64,000 bases of DNA, taken from assembly GCA_964234715.1 (NCBI GenBank), contig OZ174278.1; one strand, 5' to 3'. A program made the translations under genes and the position numbers. Of the stretch, positions 60,770 to 64,000 are shown piece after piece (position 1 is the first letter of the stretch; every line of letters starts with the position of its first letter). Source of the DNA: Podarcis melisellensis. Taxonomy: Eukaryota. Under the pieces are notes generated by a model, which was not told the origin of the DNA, made no database searches, and saw only the letters and a program-made list of their open reading frames with translations.

Positions 60770-61095
60770 ATGCCCATGACCATTTTGGTTGCCCTTTTCT
60801 GAACCTTTTCCAGCTTTTCATTCTGGTTTCACTAAGCTATCCAATATGGCCTGAATATTTCTTTCTTGGCCAATCACAGCATAAATGTGAAGTTCGGATT
60901 TTTTGCTGCATCACTTCGTCCTTCCTTACATTGAACTGCATTTGCCATTTTAACCAGAGATCCTTTTGGGGCTTCTCACAATCTCTTTTTATTCTTACCT
61001 ACCTGAATTGTTGGGTATCATCGCCAAGCTTTGCTATCTCACTGCTCATCCCGAACTTCAAATCAATTACAAACAAGTTATAATGTACCAGTCAG
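60770..61095 (-). mobile_element. Decayed CR1 reverse-transcriptase fragment
   Basis: Reverse complement of 61012-61080 reads NLFVIDLKFGMSSEIAKLGDDTQ, the CR1 FINDL...KFADDT catalytic region. Confidence 0.75.
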
Positions 61096-63435
61096 AGTAC
61101 TGATCATTAGTATACTGTAACTACTTGTAGATAGATACAATCCAGATACAGGAACAGTTAAGAAACCAACACTGGGAGACTGTTGTTTGTATTGCTGTCA
61201 AAACAAGCAGTGATCATTGTAATCTTGGCTAAATTGCGCATGGCATATAAGAATTTTGTTTTTGTGCTGGACTTGATTGTTTATATGCTGCTAATTAGAA
61301 GTGAGTGATCTCAGTCAGCTACAGCCTCCAATTTGTTCTTCTCAAACAAATCTGGAATAGAGAGCTAATGCTTTACTGCAGTGAAGTAATAACCAGATAA
61401 CATTACACTCTCCTTATCGTGTAGTTTCTGTGAGATAGTGGCTCGCTGTGCAACCTAGGAATTGCATAAATGGGCTGATTCATCAATGCATGATATGCGG
61501 ATAACACAGTGTCTGATAGAACTTCATAAATTCCAATTTGCTTATCGTTTGGATTATAAAGAGGTACAATGTAGACTGAGTTTCATGTATATTGGACTTT
61601 TAGCAGAAATTCTTAAGAATATTAACGCAGGTGGGGGTTTTTTTGCTCATAAATTCAGATTAACAAAGGGTGACTACAAACAGCCATTTGCCAAGTGATG
61701 CATATAACAACTTGGTAAACTGGTCTTCTGGATAATCCTGTCAAATGGTGGGGGGAAGCCCACAATCCTGAGTTTGATCTGAAATCCAGCGATGCTGTGA
61801 AAAACTAAGACTTTCCTCACCACTGAGCAGGGCAATACAAATGGTCAGCTTATAAAAAATATACAGACTTGGCAATGGTATTCTTTATTCACCCCAAATT
61901 TCAAGTATATGGCCTCATTCAAGTTCCAGATATAGAGTGATTATCAATTATTCGGGAATGCAATTATCTAAACTAATTATAAAAATCATTTTGTTTCTTT
62001 TATATAGCCTTATAAAATAGGTCTAAAACTCAACACCCACACATAAAGAAACAAATGTTCTCCAGTTGTTTTTGAAAAAAACTATGTCCTCTTTCTATCA
62101 GTGATAATCTATATGTGTTTTTTCAATATCACAGATGTGACTATAATTTTTAAAACAGATTATATCGTCCACAGTGTATGTATCACCCAGCTGCAAAGAG
62201 AGGCCATTACAGGTAATGGGAAGTTTCTGTACCTCGATTTAACTAGTCTGTATGCTTTATCAAGGGATACAAGTTGTAAGATAATGCTCAGGGCTCCCAT
62301 TATCTCTAACAAGCTGGTGCAGTCTGCACATTAAAACCTCATCTGGTCTCATCCACATGTGCCAAGAGGGACAACAGGACTGGAATGGCCCACACAGATC
62401 CCTCTGCAGATGAGTACATTGGTGGACTGGCTTAATTCATTTTAATTAAATTAATGCCTATTATGCAACTACAACAATATTTTTATATTGATTCTGCCTG
62501 ACATTTTGGTCAAAGTTTCAATGATAGGGTAGAAATAGCAGCAGATTTCTCCCTTTTATTCCTAAAAATGCTAAGAAGTAAGTTTGGATAAGTGGGCAGA
62601 ATTCAGTGACAACAAAGCACCCTCGAACCTCATTGGGCTTATATTAGTAGCAGCAGCAACAGTGTTTAATCACTATCTACATGTATTCTGTTAAAAACAG
62701 CACAAAAAATAAAAGCAAATGAATTGAAAAACAATAAAAATAGACATTATCATCCGACAAGGAAAGCTTGTCAGAACAAAAATGTCTCCACTTGTCTCTC
62801 TCACTTCTTCCCCTTGTGCTTTATCATATGCTAAAATAATATGCATAATATTAGCATGTTAAATGATCCAGAGCTATGACTACTTACCTAACATAAAAAC
62901 TCTATTTCACCTGAAAACATGCAGTGAAAAAAGAGCAAATCCATCATTTTACCTGTTCAGTAGTCATATGATTGTGCTATTCTATGACTCCAACAATGAT
63001 GCATAATACTGAAATCTACAGAAAGCTACAGCTATGAGTACAATGTGATAGCAATACTCCAATAGAAACAATTTTTCATGTATAGTTGGGGGATTCTGAG
63101 AACTTATGCTTGTCATGGTTTTGGATGCATTTGCTTACAAGTGCCTATTAATTGCTTATCTTGCTACAGCTAGTTTCCTCACTCACACCCTTTCCACTTC
63201 GCTATTGTTGATATACTGAGATATCTTGATTTATTCCATTTAAGTAATGGAATAGTATGAGGGGCTCTGTAAACGATTGAACCTACAAATTTAGATCAGG
63301 GTGATGATGAATGTTTCTCATTTTCTCCACACCCAAGTAACCAACCACAGTGTGCTGTTTATCCTTTAGCAAATAAACACTCCTCAAATGAGATTTTCCC
63401 CCCTAAAAGTGCATTATCTTCTTTTTTTCCCCCAG

Positions 63436-63474
63436 AGGAACATACCCGGAATTTACCGCATGATGAAACATTTG
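63436..63474 (+). other. Candidate 39-nt cassette exon
   Basis: Strong acceptor ttatcttctttttttcccccag; donor TTG|gtcagt; length divisible by 3 with two stop-free frames (RNIPGIYRMMKHL or xEHTRNLPHDETF); two retained CpGs. Confidence 0.3.
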
Positions 63475-63828
63475 GTCAGTTATTTATTCAGTTTGTGTGC
63501 TTTGGATGCTTATGTTGTCCTCTAAAATGTTCCATTAAACAGTCGGTTGTATTATTGAGCTGATATTCTGATATCACAGCATTCTGTTGCCTGTGCTGGT
63601 TCCAGTAGTGAATGACTCAATGCAAGCAAGTAAACAAAACCAACTAGAAGATGAGATGAAAGCTAAGGTCACCGTTCACTACATTTCTGCACCACTTTAT
63701 GATTTGTTTTTATTTTGTAAAAGTCCTCCTGAAAAATTGCCGGCATGTTAGTATCCATTTCTCTTAATGTACACATTTTTGCAACTAGTTTTCCCCAACA
63801 GAATGCATTTTCGTTTGTTACTTTTATT

Positions 63829-64000
63829 CATGGGTAGGCAAACTAAGGCCAGTGGGCTGGATCGGGCCCAACTGCCTTCTGGATCCAGCCCACTGACAGT
63901 CCAGGAATTTCTGTGTGGATCGCCAGTGTGCACGTTCTTTCCCTCTTTCTCATACGGCGGCAGTGGCGGCGGCGCCTCCTCCCTGGAGAAGCTCCTCCTG
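63829..64000. mobile_element. hAT-Charlie-type element running off the window end
   Basis: CATGGGTAGGCAAACTAAGGCC...ggatcgggccca is the reverse complement of the right end of 50465-50711; it then diverges into a GC-rich interior. Confidence 0.8.

Overview
This is eukaryotic, AT-rich, CpG-depleted vertebrate DNA. The repeat content points to a squamate reptile, most likely a lacertid lizard (inferred from Sauria/Squam1 SINEs, Bov-B-type tails and Squam3-type SINEs). I cannot support any intact protein-coding gene. The six-frame ORFs are chance ORFs or decayed retrotransposon fragments (L2, CR1, RTE, possibly L1 ORF1). The window looks like a large intron or gene desert: dense, often nested transposable elements separated by repeat-poor tracts that look like conserved enhancers. 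Elements with termini or target-site duplications readable in the sequence are seven Sauria SINE copies (two subtypes), five copies of a TA-targeting Tc1/mariner MITE, several hAT MITEs with 8-bp TSDs, two solo LTRs with perfect 5-bp TSDs, and a 120-bp Penelope-type palindrome. The best leads are that palindrome (apparently folded at a hammerhead stem-II remnant), a PBX-HOX/SOX motif cluster at ~17.8 kb, and a few candidate small + strand exons (21.2-21.4 kb, 53.7 kb, 63.4 kb) of an unidentified host transcript. I do not find evidence for a new multi-gene system. Family names are from recall of consensus motifs, not database searches.
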